In this document: positions 8,649 through 15,986 of the stretch, piece after piece
How positions within the stretch are numbered: the stretch's first letter is position 1
Layout of the letters: every line of letters starts with the position of its first letter
Sequence record: MZ326868.1
Length of the DNA: 32,000 bases
Reading direction: 5' to 3' (one strand)
Source of the DNA: Stenotrophomonas phage Marzo
The notes under the pieces: model-generated
Told to the model about the DNA's origin: nothing
The model's input: the letters and a program-made list of their open reading frames with translations, nothing else
The model's database searches: none
Translations under genes and position numbers: made by a program

Positions 8649-9734
8649 ATGGCAAATCAAAGTCTGGCTGAACGCATTCTCAAAAACTCTGTGATCAAGG
8701 AAGCAGCGGTCCTTGACAAGTCCCAATTCTTCAAGAAGAAGGACCTGGTGCGCACAATGATTCCGCTGCTGAACCTCGCCCAGTCGGGTGAGCTGGATGG
8801 TGGGTTTGGTTCGGGCTTGACTGTCTGGGCTGGTCCGTCGAAGCACTTCAAGACCTCTCTGCTGCTGGCAAGTCTGAAAGCGTATCTGGACAAGTTCTCG
8901 GACGCAGTTGCAATCTTCTACGATTCGGAATTCGGTACGCCGCAGAGCTACTTCACGTCGTTCGGCATCCCGCTGGATCGTGTCATTCACATTCCGATCA
9001 CCAACATCGAGATGCTGAAGTTCGACATGATGCAGCAGCTGGAAGGCTTGCAAAAGGGCGACAAGGTCTTCATCGCGGTCGACTCGGTCGGCAACCTGGC
9101 GTCGAAGAAGGAAGTGGAAGACGCGATCAACGAGAAGTCCGTTGCGGATATGACCCGCGCGAAGGCACTGAAGTCGCTGTTCCGAATCGTGACCCCATAC
9201 TTCACCTTGAAAGACATCCCGTGTCACGTGGTCAACCACACGTACAAGACTCAGGAGATGTATTCCAAGGACGTCGTGTCGGGTGGTACTGGTATCTACT
9301 ACTCGGCGGATAACATCTTCATCATCGGTCGTCAGCAGGACAAGAAGGATGACGAGCTGTTGGGTTATCGCTTCATCCTGCGCGCTGAGAAGAGCCGCTA
9401 CGTGCGAGAGGGCTCCAAGTTCCCGCTGACCGTGTCCTTCGACAAGGGTATCAGCAAGTGGTCGGGTCTGCTGGATCTGGCACTGGAAACTGGTCACGTG
9501 GTCAAGCCGTCGAATGGTTGGTACTCACACGCTGGCGACGACAAGAAGCTCCGCCTGAACCAGACCGAGACCTCCGACTTCTGGCTGCCGATCCTGACTG
9601 GCACTGACTTCGCCGAAAAGCTGAAAGAGAAGTTCCAGCTGTCGCTGAGCCAGATGATCGAAGCGGGTGATATCGACTACGCTACTGGAGAAGTCCTGAA
9701 GCGCGAAGAGGATGAGGAAGATGACGCCGATTGA
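8649..9734 (+). CDS. uvsX: UvsX RecA-like recombinase
   Basis: 'GLTVWAGPSKHFKTSLLLASLKAYLDK', 'IFYDSEFGTP', 'VFIAVDSVGNLASKKEVEDA', 'PCHVVNHTYKTQEMYSK' match the T4 UvsX pattern. Confidence 0.96.
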   Translation: MANQSLAERILKNSVIKEAAVLDKSQFFKKKDLVRTMIPLLNLAQSGELDGGFGSGLTVWAGPSKHFKTSLLLASLKAYLDKFSDAVAIFYDSEFGTPQSYFTSFGIPLDRVIHIPITNIEMLKFDMMQQLEGLQKGDKVFIAVDSVGNLASKKEVEDAINEKSVADMTRAKALKSLFRIVTPYFTLKDIPCHVVNHTYKTQEMYSKDVVSGGTGIYYSADNIFIIGRQQDKKDDELLGYRFILRAEKSRYVREGSKFPLTVSFDKGISKWSGLLDLALETGHVVKPSNGWYSHAGDDKKLRLNQTETSDFWLPILTGTDFAEKLKEKFQLSLSQMIEAGDIDYATGEVLKREEDEEDDAD

Positions 9735-9960
9735 GCTCGGACAGGCAATCCTGGACGGTCTGAATCGGGACGTTGAAGTCCGTGTGACATTCACCAAGAA
9801 GGACGGGTCTGAGACGACCCGTTCCTTCGGCAGGGGCAAGGACTTCGTGCCCAATGGTCCACGATTGACAGAAGACACAAAGTATTTGAATCTCTGGTCG
9901 ATTGATGACGCGGGTTATCGTACAATCATACTCGAGTCGATCAAAATGGTGGCTTGCTAA
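9721..9960 (+). CDS. Hypothetical protein, about 79 aa
   Basis: ATG 9721 after GAGGATGAGGAAG, overlaps the uvsX stop; TAATG overlap with next ORF. Confidence 0.6.
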   Translation: MTPIELGQAILDGLNRDVEVRVTFTKKDGSETTRSFGRGKDFVPNGPRLTEDTKYLNLWSIDDAGYRTIILESIKMVAC

Positions 9961-10214
9961 TGCAGATCTACGTACATGAGGCAACCGAGAATTCCATCTC
10001 GGTGGTGAACATTGAGTATCCGGAGTTCCGGCATACTTTCAGAGAAATCCGGGTGGAACCGGAGGGAGTGACTGCCGTCCATTCTGTCGAAATCAGCGAG
10101 CAGGAAGTCGGTAAGTACAATGGCGATGACCAGGAACAATTCCTGGAAGACCAAGGGACTGAGATCTTGAACGAGTTGATCAAGATCATTGACCGACAGT
10201 CGCAAGTCGCGTAA
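9960..10214 (+). CDS. Hypothetical protein, 84 aa
   Basis: ORF coupled via TAATG overlap. Confidence 0.55.
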   Translation: MQIYVHEATENSISVVNIEYPEFRHTFREIRVEPEGVTAVHSVEISEQEVGKYNGDDQEQFLEDQGTEILNELIKIIDRQSQVA

Positions 10215-10217
10215 ACT
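10189..10217 (+). promoter_or_regulatory. sigma70-like promoter candidate upstream of folE
   Basis: TTGACC (10189-10194), 17 bp spacer, TAAACT (10212-10217). Confidence 0.35.
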
Positions 10218-10244
10218 ATATTCCACGTCAACCAAGGAAACAAT

Positions 10245-10934
10245 ATGGCATTGCAGAAACACAAGTGTGATCCGGCTCTCGGCGCTCGCGTCTTTGAACA
10301 CCTGAAGCAGAAGGGTTTGCACACCCCAGTCGTGGAAGAAGCTCTCTTCCAACATGAAGGCAGCAAGATCGACAAGATCGAAGCGCTGCAAACCCAGGTT
10401 CTTGAACTGCTGGGTCTTGACCTCTCCGATGACAGCCTGATCGAGACTCCCCGACGCATTGCCAAGATGTATGTCAGCGAGCTGTTCTGGGGTCTGCATC
10501 CGGATCACTTCCCGAAGTGCACCACGGTCGAAAACAAGATGCGCTACGATGAAGTCGTCATCGAGAAGGCATCCGTGAAGTCGGTGTGTGAGCATCACTT
10601 CGTGTACTTCGGCACCAGCCACCGTCCGGACCTGGGATGCTGGATCGCGTATGTCCCGAAGGAGAAGGTGCTTGGTCTGTCGAAGATCAATCGCATCGTC
10701 GAGTACTTCGCTCGTCGTCCGCAGATTCAGGAACGCCTGACCGAGCAAATCGCCGAGACCCTGAAGTTCATCCTGGAAACGGATGACGTCGCGGTCGTGA
10801 TGAAGGGACAGCACTTCTGTGTCCTGACTCGCGGTGTGGAAGACTCAGACGGTATGACCATCACCAGCGCGCTGCACGGTCGCTTCCGTGACGAGCTGCC
10901 GATGCGTCAGGAACTCATGAGTCTGGTTCGGTGA
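10245..10934 (+). CDS. folE: GTP cyclohydrolase I
   Basis: 'ETPRRIAKMYVSELFWGL', 'SVCEHHFVYFGTSHRP...IAYVPKEKVLGLSKINRIVEYFARRPQIQERLTEQIAE' are GCYH-I signatures. Confidence 0.95.
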   Translation: MALQKHKCDPALGARVFEHLKQKGLHTPVVEEALFQHEGSKIDKIEALQTQVLELLGLDLSDDSLIETPRRIAKMYVSELFWGLHPDHFPKCTTVENKMRYDEVVIEKASVKSVCEHHFVYFGTSHRPDLGCWIAYVPKEKVLGLSKINRIVEYFARRPQIQERLTEQIAETLKFILETDDVAVVMKGQHFCVLTRGVEDSDGMTITSALHGRFRDELPMRQELMSLVR

Positions 10935-11128
10935 ACGGACTCTCGATCAAGGTCGAGCAAGAGATGGTATATGCAAGTCCCCGGAAGCTGAGAGGTTTCC
11001 GGGTGACTCGCAGGAAAGGGAATCGGAAGTTCATCTTCCGCGTTCCATGGGTGATGGAAGATGTGCAACCCATCCGCGCCTACTACTCAGGCAATTCCGC
11101 ACTGAGATCAATGCGCGTTAACAACTGA
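10931..11128 (+). CDS. Hypothetical basic protein, 65 aa
   Basis: GTG start overlapping the folE stop (GTGA). Confidence 0.45.
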   Translation: MNGLSIKVEQEMVYASPRKLRGFRVTRRKGNRKFIFRVPWVMEDVQPIRAYYSGNSALRSMRVNN

Positions 11129-11147
11129 AATAACTGGAGATTTGAAA

Positions 11148-12398
11148 ATGAGCAAGATCAAAGTAGCTGTCGTTGGTGTTGGTAACTGCTTCTCGTCCCT
11201 GTATCAGGGTGTTGGCTACTATAGCAGCCGTCCCGATGAAGTGATCTCGGGCATCGCCCATGTGGACATTGGTGGCTACAAGGCTACTGATCTGGAGTTC
11301 GTCCTTGCTATCGACGTCGATCACCGCAAGGTGGGGCAGTCGCTGAGTGATGCGATCTTCGCAGAACCGAACGTCGCACGTGTGTTCCACACCGAGCCGG
11401 CTCCGGGTGCAAACCCGATTGTCAAGATGGGTGCTCGTCTGGATGGCGTCTCGACGTTCATGGAAACCGAACCGGCAAGCCGTGGCTTCCGTCCGGTCCC
11501 GACCGACGAGCCGACCGAAGCCGCCAAGGCGCGACTGGTTGAACACCTGCGTTCCAGCGGTGCGGACGTTCTTCTGAACTACCTGCCGGTCGGATCGAAT
11601 CAGGCAACTGAGTTCTACGCTGAGTGTGCACTGGAAGCGGGCGTGAGCTTCATCAACAACATCCCGGTGCTGAACCTGAACCATCCGGATTGGGAAGACC
11701 GCTTCATCGACGCAGGCATTCCCTACATCGGTTCGGACATCAAGAGCCAGTTCGGCGCTTCGATCCTGAGCCAGATGCTCCAGGAGCTGGCGTTCGACCG
11801 CGGTATGGAAGTTGACTTCCATCAGCAGCTGAACGTGGGTGGCAACACCGACTTCAACAACATGATGGTCCAGAGCCGTCTGCTGGACAAGAAGGTCTCC
11901 AAGGAGAACGTGATCCGTGCTCAGAATGACCTGCGAGACATCCCGGTCAATGAGGATGCACTGTTCGCCGGTCCGTCCACCTACATCCCGTACCTGAAGG
12001 ACAACAAGGTCGCCTACTTCAACCTTCGCCTGCGCGGTTTCGGTGGCGCTCCGGTGGATGTGGACGTCAAGCTGTCGGTGCAGGATTCGGAGAACAGCGC
12101 GGGCGTCGTGATTGATGCGATCCGATTCATCAAGGTGGCACGTGAGCTGGGCATTCGTGGTTGCCTGCGCGGACCGAGCGCGTTCACCCAGAAGTCGCCG
12201 CCGAAGCAGCTGACCATGGAAGAAGCCAAGTACGAGTGTGACGCACTGGCGAATCGCAAGCTGACCCCGATCACCAAGCGTCAGCTGACGAACCGGTCGG
12301 CAAAGGAATTCGCTCGTCAGGAGCTTGCCGAAGGCGGAATGGACTACTTGCGCGTGTTGGACAAGAAGCGCCAGTCGAATGCAGAGCGTGGAATTTAA
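11148..12398 (+). CDS. Inositol-3-phosphate synthase (MIPS/Ino1-like)
   Basis: 'KVAVVGVGNCFSSLYQGVGYY', 'LAIDVDHRKVGQSLSDAIF', 'NYLPVGSNQATEFYAECALEAGVSFINNIPV', 'IPYIGSDIKSQFGASI', 'QLNVGGNTDFNNM', 'DSENSAGVVIDAIRFIKVARELGI' resemble the actinobacterial Ino1 pattern. ATG 11148 with GGAG 9-12 nt upstream. Confidence 0.92.
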   Translation: MSKIKVAVVGVGNCFSSLYQGVGYYSSRPDEVISGIAHVDIGGYKATDLEFVLAIDVDHRKVGQSLSDAIFAEPNVARVFHTEPAPGANPIVKMGARLDGVSTFMETEPASRGFRPVPTDEPTEAAKARLVEHLRSSGADVLLNYLPVGSNQATEFYAECALEAGVSFINNIPVLNLNHPDWEDRFIDAGIPYIGSDIKSQFGASILSQMLQELAFDRGMEVDFHQQLNVGGNTDFNNMMVQSRLLDKKVSKENVIRAQNDLRDIPVNEDALFAGPSTYIPYLKDNKVAYFNLRLRGFGGAPVDVDVKLSVQDSENSAGVVIDAIRFIKVARELGIRGCLRGPSAFTQKSPPKQLTMEEAKYECDALANRKLTPITKRQLTNRSAKEFARQELAEGGMDYLRVLDKKRQSNAERGI

Positions 12399-12420
12399 CC
12401 TTTAGAATCAAGAGGTTACG

Positions 12421-12444
12421 TTGAAGGGTCTTCGGACCCTTCAA
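12421..12444 (+). terminator. Rho-independent terminator with UUCG tetraloop
   Basis: TTGAAGGGTC-TTCG-GACCCTTCAA perfect 10 bp stem followed by ACGTCTTT. Confidence 0.85.
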
Positions 12445-12511
12445 ACGTCTTTACCCTTTGAAATCAAGTAGTTATCAAATTCCGCTTAAGAATTAGCCAT
12501 GAGGGACTATA

Positions 12512-12883
12512 ATGAGAGCGCAACACTCCTTTGACATTGACGGCGTGATCAGCATTGGCATCCGCCCCAGCCCCGGAGCAATCATCATCACCGGGCGCAG
12601 CTATGAAGAACGTGCCGAAACGGAAGCGTATCTGAAACACCTTGGCATCAGCAACGATGTCTTTTACAATCCTTTGAAGTGGTCGGAGAAGTCTCGGACC
12701 TCGTCGGGCGAGCACAAGGCGGAGATCATCAACCTGCAGGGAGTCACCCGTCATTTTGAGGATGACCCGGTCCAGGCACAAGTGATCCGCGAACGTTGCC
12801 CCAACTGTTACGTTGTCGAGATTGTCTCCGATCTGGTGGAGCTCGAGAACGTGCGTCATACCTTCACTGGAGAACCGAATTGA
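12512..12883 (+). CDS. HAD-superfamily-like small phosphatase/nucleotidase
   Basis: Motif I 'SFDIDGVI', 'IITGRSYEER', 'HKAEII' and 'HFEDDPVQA' are HAD-like motifs. Confidence 0.65.
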   Translation: MRAQHSFDIDGVISIGIRPSPGAIIITGRSYEERAETEAYLKHLGISNDVFYNPLKWSEKSRTSSGEHKAEIINLQGVTRHFEDDPVQAQVIRERCPNCYVVEIVSDLVELENVRHTFTGEPN

Positions 12884-13629
12884 GTAAGAAGATCCTGATC
12901 CTGTACAGTGGCGGCTTGGATTCCATGATGATGGAAAAGCTGGCTGAGTGGACCAATCCGACCGCCGAGATCACCTGCGTGTTCTACGAGCACGGTCAGG
13001 ACAGTTTGGAAGCTGAGATTGCAGCCTTGCCGTGGTATGTCAAGCGCCGCAAACTCGATTGGTTGGACGGCGAAGTGAAGGCAGTCCCGAAGAAGTCCGA
13101 CCCGTTCGCGGGTGCGATCTACATCCCGGGACGTAATCTGGTGTTCGCCGTCACCGCAGCATCGCAATTCCTCCCGGACGAGATCTGGATGGGAACTCTG
13201 TTCGATGAATGCAACGAGCAGGCAACCGACAAGAACAACATCTTCCTGGAGAAGACCAACGCGGTTCTCAAGTATGTCTTGAGTCCGTTCGGTAATCCGG
13301 TCGTCAAGTTCCCGTTCGTGGAACGCGGCTGGACCAAGACTGATGCCCTGGGTTGGCTGCTTGCCAGAGGCGTTGTAAGTAAAGAGGACATTGCGAAGAC
13401 CACTTCATGCTGGCACAATGACGGTCTCCCTTGCGGTGAATGCAAGCAGTGTCTGAAGCGCGCACTGATCATGGATCAGTTCGATATCTATGAACACCAT
13501 GCCGGACTCCACCCGCTCGACCCGACCAACAAGTTCTGTGCTGATCTGATCGAACAGTATGAAGCATGTCTGGAACCGAACATTGACGAGCGCGAAGTCC
13601 AGCGATTGATCCGAAGCTGGAGAGCTTGA
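12880..13629 (+). CDS. queC: 7-cyano-7-deazaguanine synthase
   Basis: PP-loop 'ILYSGGLDSMMM', C-terminal Zn-binding 'CWHNDGLPCGECKQCLKR'. TTG 12880 overlaps the upstream TGA; the track start at 12796 is an over-extension. Confidence 0.9.
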   Translation: MSKKILILYSGGLDSMMMEKLAEWTNPTAEITCVFYEHGQDSLEAEIAALPWYVKRRKLDWLDGEVKAVPKKSDPFAGAIYIPGRNLVFAVTAASQFLPDEIWMGTLFDECNEQATDKNNIFLEKTNAVLKYVLSPFGNPVVKFPFVERGWTKTDALGWLLARGVVSKEDIAKTTSCWHNDGLPCGECKQCLKRALIMDQFDIYEHHAGLHPLDPTNKFCADLIEQYEACLEPNIDEREVQRLIRSWRA

Positions 13630-14840
13630 TGAAGATTGGATACGAATACGTGATGTCGGGTCTAGGATACACCCGCATCAAGGGAACGCACCTGATTGAT
13701 TGGACGCATCACAAGTTCGAGCGTGACTTCCATGATTCCAAGTTTGCGATCCTGTACAACGCATTCACGGAAGCAGAGTATGGACGTCGATTCAAGGACG
13801 TCCATTGCAACGTGTATGCCGACTCGGGCGGTCTGCAGATGATGACCCGAAACCTCGGAATCACACCGGAACTGAAGGACAAGGTCTATCAGAACCAGTC
13901 CGACTGTTCTCAGTTTGCCATGTGCTTTGACGAGATTCCTCTCCGCAAGGCAGAAGATAAGGGCAAGATCGGTAGTCAGCAGGGTCGCTTCTTTGATCGA
14001 ACCCTGATCAAGGAGAAGGCAACCGAGACCGCACTGAACATTCGTCGTCAGATCGAGCTCTTTGAGGAGACTGGCACGGAGGCTCGTCCGGTGGCAATTA
14101 TCCAAGGCAACTGCGCCGAGACAATGCTGGAATGGGCTGATGTGTTGTTCGATCAGGTCGGCGACAAGGCTGACAAGATCGCATCGGTGGCTATCTCCGG
14201 TATCTGTATTGGCAACAAGACGATGGAGGAACTGGAACGCAGCTTTGTGTTCAGTCAGATCCATCGGAACTACAAGATCGATCACCTCCACTTGCTGGGA
14301 GTCGGATCGGTCAATCGTGTGTCACCGTTTGTGGTCTTCGACCGCTTGCTGGAACGAGACATCCTGATCAGCTATGATAGCACGTCGCACGTCCAGTCGA
14401 CAACCTACGGCTATCACTTCTGGGAAGAAGGTCTCGTCAAGATCCAGAAGGGCTACTACCACAAGTGGGATGACATGGCGGCGCGTATCGCCGAGTTCTC
14501 GGAAGGCACGTTCGTTGTTGATGGACCGGAGCTGTACAAGCTCTGCAACACCAACATCAAGGGCATGACCGACGAACAGAAGGACAAGGTACGCGATGCA
14601 TTGTTCATGATGGCGGCAATTCAGGCATACAAGATGTCTGACTTCGTGGAACGGACATGCAAGGACTTCGAGAGTAGCCTGATCCATCACGATCAGCACT
14701 TGTGGCTCCCATTGCGAGCACTTCACGATGATGTGTCGACGGTTCAGGACTTCAATCAGTGGCGTCGGGACTTCCAGCGTTACATCCCGACAAGTCGTGT
14801 ATCTTCTTCGCATAACTCCTTGGATGACCTGTTCGGTTAA
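13629..14840 (+). CDS. dpdA: tRNA-guanine-transglycosylase-like DNA transglycosylase (DpdA family)
   Basis: 'YADSGGLQMM' (TGT DSGGFQ-like), 'VAIIQGNCAETMLEWAD', 'ASVAISGICIGNKTMEEL', 'HLLGVGSVNR'; clustered with queC/queE/folE. Confidence 0.82.
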   Translation: MKIGYEYVMSGLGYTRIKGTHLIDWTHHKFERDFHDSKFAILYNAFTEAEYGRRFKDVHCNVYADSGGLQMMTRNLGITPELKDKVYQNQSDCSQFAMCFDEIPLRKAEDKGKIGSQQGRFFDRTLIKEKATETALNIRRQIELFEETGTEARPVAIIQGNCAETMLEWADVLFDQVGDKADKIASVAISGICIGNKTMEELERSFVFSQIHRNYKIDHLHLLGVGSVNRVSPFVVFDRLLERDILISYDSTSHVQSTTYGYHFWEEGLVKIQKGYYHKWDDMAARIAEFSEGTFVVDGPELYKLCNTNIKGMTDEQKDKVRDALFMMAAIQAYKMSDFVERTCKDFESSLIHHDQHLWLPLRALHDDVSTVQDFNQWRRDFQRYIPTSRVSSSHNSLDDLFG

Positions 14841-14848
14841 GCGATAAT
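14820..14848 (+). promoter_or_regulatory. sigma70-like promoter candidate upstream of queE
   Basis: TTGGAT (14820-14825), 17 bp spacer, GATAAT (14843-14848). Confidence 0.4.
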
Positions 14849-14874
14849 CATAGAACGAAATAGGAGAGTACATC

Positions 14875-15768
14875 ATGGCAAAGTTTGAAGTATCCGAAGT
14901 GTTCATGTCGTTGGAAGGTGAGGCACAATTCACCTTCCATCCGACTGCATACATTCGGTTTGCACGGTGCAACCTGAGTTGCCCGTTTTTCAACAACCCG
15001 GAACGTGAGAAGACGCCGACCGGGTATGCACCGCTGACCTTCGACCCGAAGGATTACAGCAAGCTGGAAGACATTCCGCTGATCACCAAGGGTTGCGATT
15101 CGCAGTATGCGGTGAACCCGATCTTCTCTCACATGTGGAAGAAGCTGGAAGCGGACGAGCTGGTTGATGAGTTGCTCTCGGTGATTCCGGGTAACAAGCT
15201 GGTGTATGACACGGGCTTGCCGGTGATCGTGAGTCTGACTGGCGGTGAGCCGACGCTGAAGTGGAAGCAGCTGCCGGAGATCATGTTCCACGAGAAGATG
15301 AAGGATTGCAAGCACTTCCTGGTCGAGACCAATTGCGCTGTCCCATTCAAGGACGAGTTCATCAGTCAGATTCACAAGTGGCTCAACGAGGATGACAGTC
15401 GTCAGTGGACGTGGTCGAACAGTCCGAAGCTGAACTCTAGCGGTCACACCAGAACCGAGGCGATCAAGCCTGCTATTGCTCTGATGCAATCGGCGTTGAT
15501 CAAGTCCAACGCTGGTCAGATCAATCAGTATTTCAAGTTCGTGGTAGACGGTTCGGAAGAAGACTACGCGGAAGTGAAAGAGGTCATGAAGATCTATCAT
15601 GACGCTGGTCTGGCGCTTGATACTCCGATCTGGATCATGCCGCAGGCGTGTACGCAGGAACAGCAGGCGGAACTGGCACGGTCGGTTGCACGTCGCTGCA
15701 TGGTCGAAGGCTGGCTGTATTCACATCGTGTTCAGAATGACCTCTGGGGTAATGGAGTTGGCACTTGA
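14875..15768 (+). CDS. queE: 7-carboxy-7-deazaguanine synthase, phage-type (radical SAM)
   Basis: 'EVFMSLEGEAQFT..PTAYIRFARCNLSC', 'IVSLTGGEPTLKWKQLPEI', 'FLVETNCA', 'WSNSPKLNSSG', 'WIMPQACTQEQQAE'. Confidence 0.88.
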   Translation: MAKFEVSEVFMSLEGEAQFTFHPTAYIRFARCNLSCPFFNNPEREKTPTGYAPLTFDPKDYSKLEDIPLITKGCDSQYAVNPIFSHMWKKLEADELVDELLSVIPGNKLVYDTGLPVIVSLTGGEPTLKWKQLPEIMFHEKMKDCKHFLVETNCAVPFKDEFISQIHKWLNEDDSRQWTWSNSPKLNSSGHTRTEAIKPAIALMQSALIKSNAGQINQYFKFVVDGSEEDYAEVKEVMKIYHDAGLALDTPIWIMPQACTQEQQAELARSVARRCMVEGWLYSHRVQNDLWGNGVGT

Positions 15769-15866
15769 TCACCGTAGAATTCATTGACGCGTTGATCGCG
15801 ATCCACGGACGCAAGTCTGTCATGCAAATTCTGGGCGAGGTGATCTACAATGATGACGTTTCATGA
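15765..15866 (+). CDS. Small hypothetical ORF, 33 aa (TTG start)
   Basis: Reads (M)ITVEFIDALIAIHGRKSVMQILGEVIYNDDVS*; overlaps the queE stop; below the track size cut-off. Confidence 0.35.
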   Translation: MITVEFIDALIAIHGRKSVMQILGEVIYNDDVS

Positions 15867-15978
15867 GTGGATGGCTCATCACGGTTACTGGGCGGGACGG
15901 TGTTGTGCCGGAAAGTCTATGTATCAGGACATGTACGGCAAGTACTGCCGCGAATGGCGTCAGAACAACCCAGCTTGA
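15850..15978 (+). CDS. Small Cys/Trp-containing hypothetical ORF, 42 aa
   Basis: ATG 15850, MMTFHEWMAHHGYWAGRCCAGKSMYQDMYGKYCREWRQNNPA*, fills the queE-gp41 gap; not in the supplied track. Confidence 0.5.
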   Translation: MMTFHEWMAHHGYWAGRCCAGKSMYQDMYGKYCREWRQNNPA

Positions 15979-15986
15979 GGTAGCAG

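Noticed and set aside
8631-9497. 288-aa minus-strand ORF antisense to uvsX
   Set aside because: The + strand encodes a clear UvsX with conserved motifs; the antisense frame has no RBS or recognisable fold and looks like a GC-driven shadow ORF.
9957-10814. 285-aa minus-strand ORF antisense to folE
   Set aside because: The + strand FolE motifs are unambiguous; treated as a shadow ORF.
11118-11822. 234-aa minus-strand ORF antisense to MIPS
   Set aside because: Opposite to a strongly conserved enzyme; low-complexity Arg/His/Leu composition typical of antisense frames.
12508-12513. TATAAT overlapping the HAD-like start codon
   Set aside because: It coincides with the ATG and spacing to the GAGGG RBS, and no -35 lies 16-18 bp upstream; probably not a promoter for this gene.
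12796-12879. N-terminal extension of QueC in the track
   Set aside because: Extension overlaps the HAD-like gene and lies before the conserved KKILILYSGGLDS start; TTG 12880 fits the TGA overlap.
14848-15600. 250-aa minus-strand ORF antisense to queE
   Set aside because: Shadow ORF; the + strand carries QueE signatures and an RBS.
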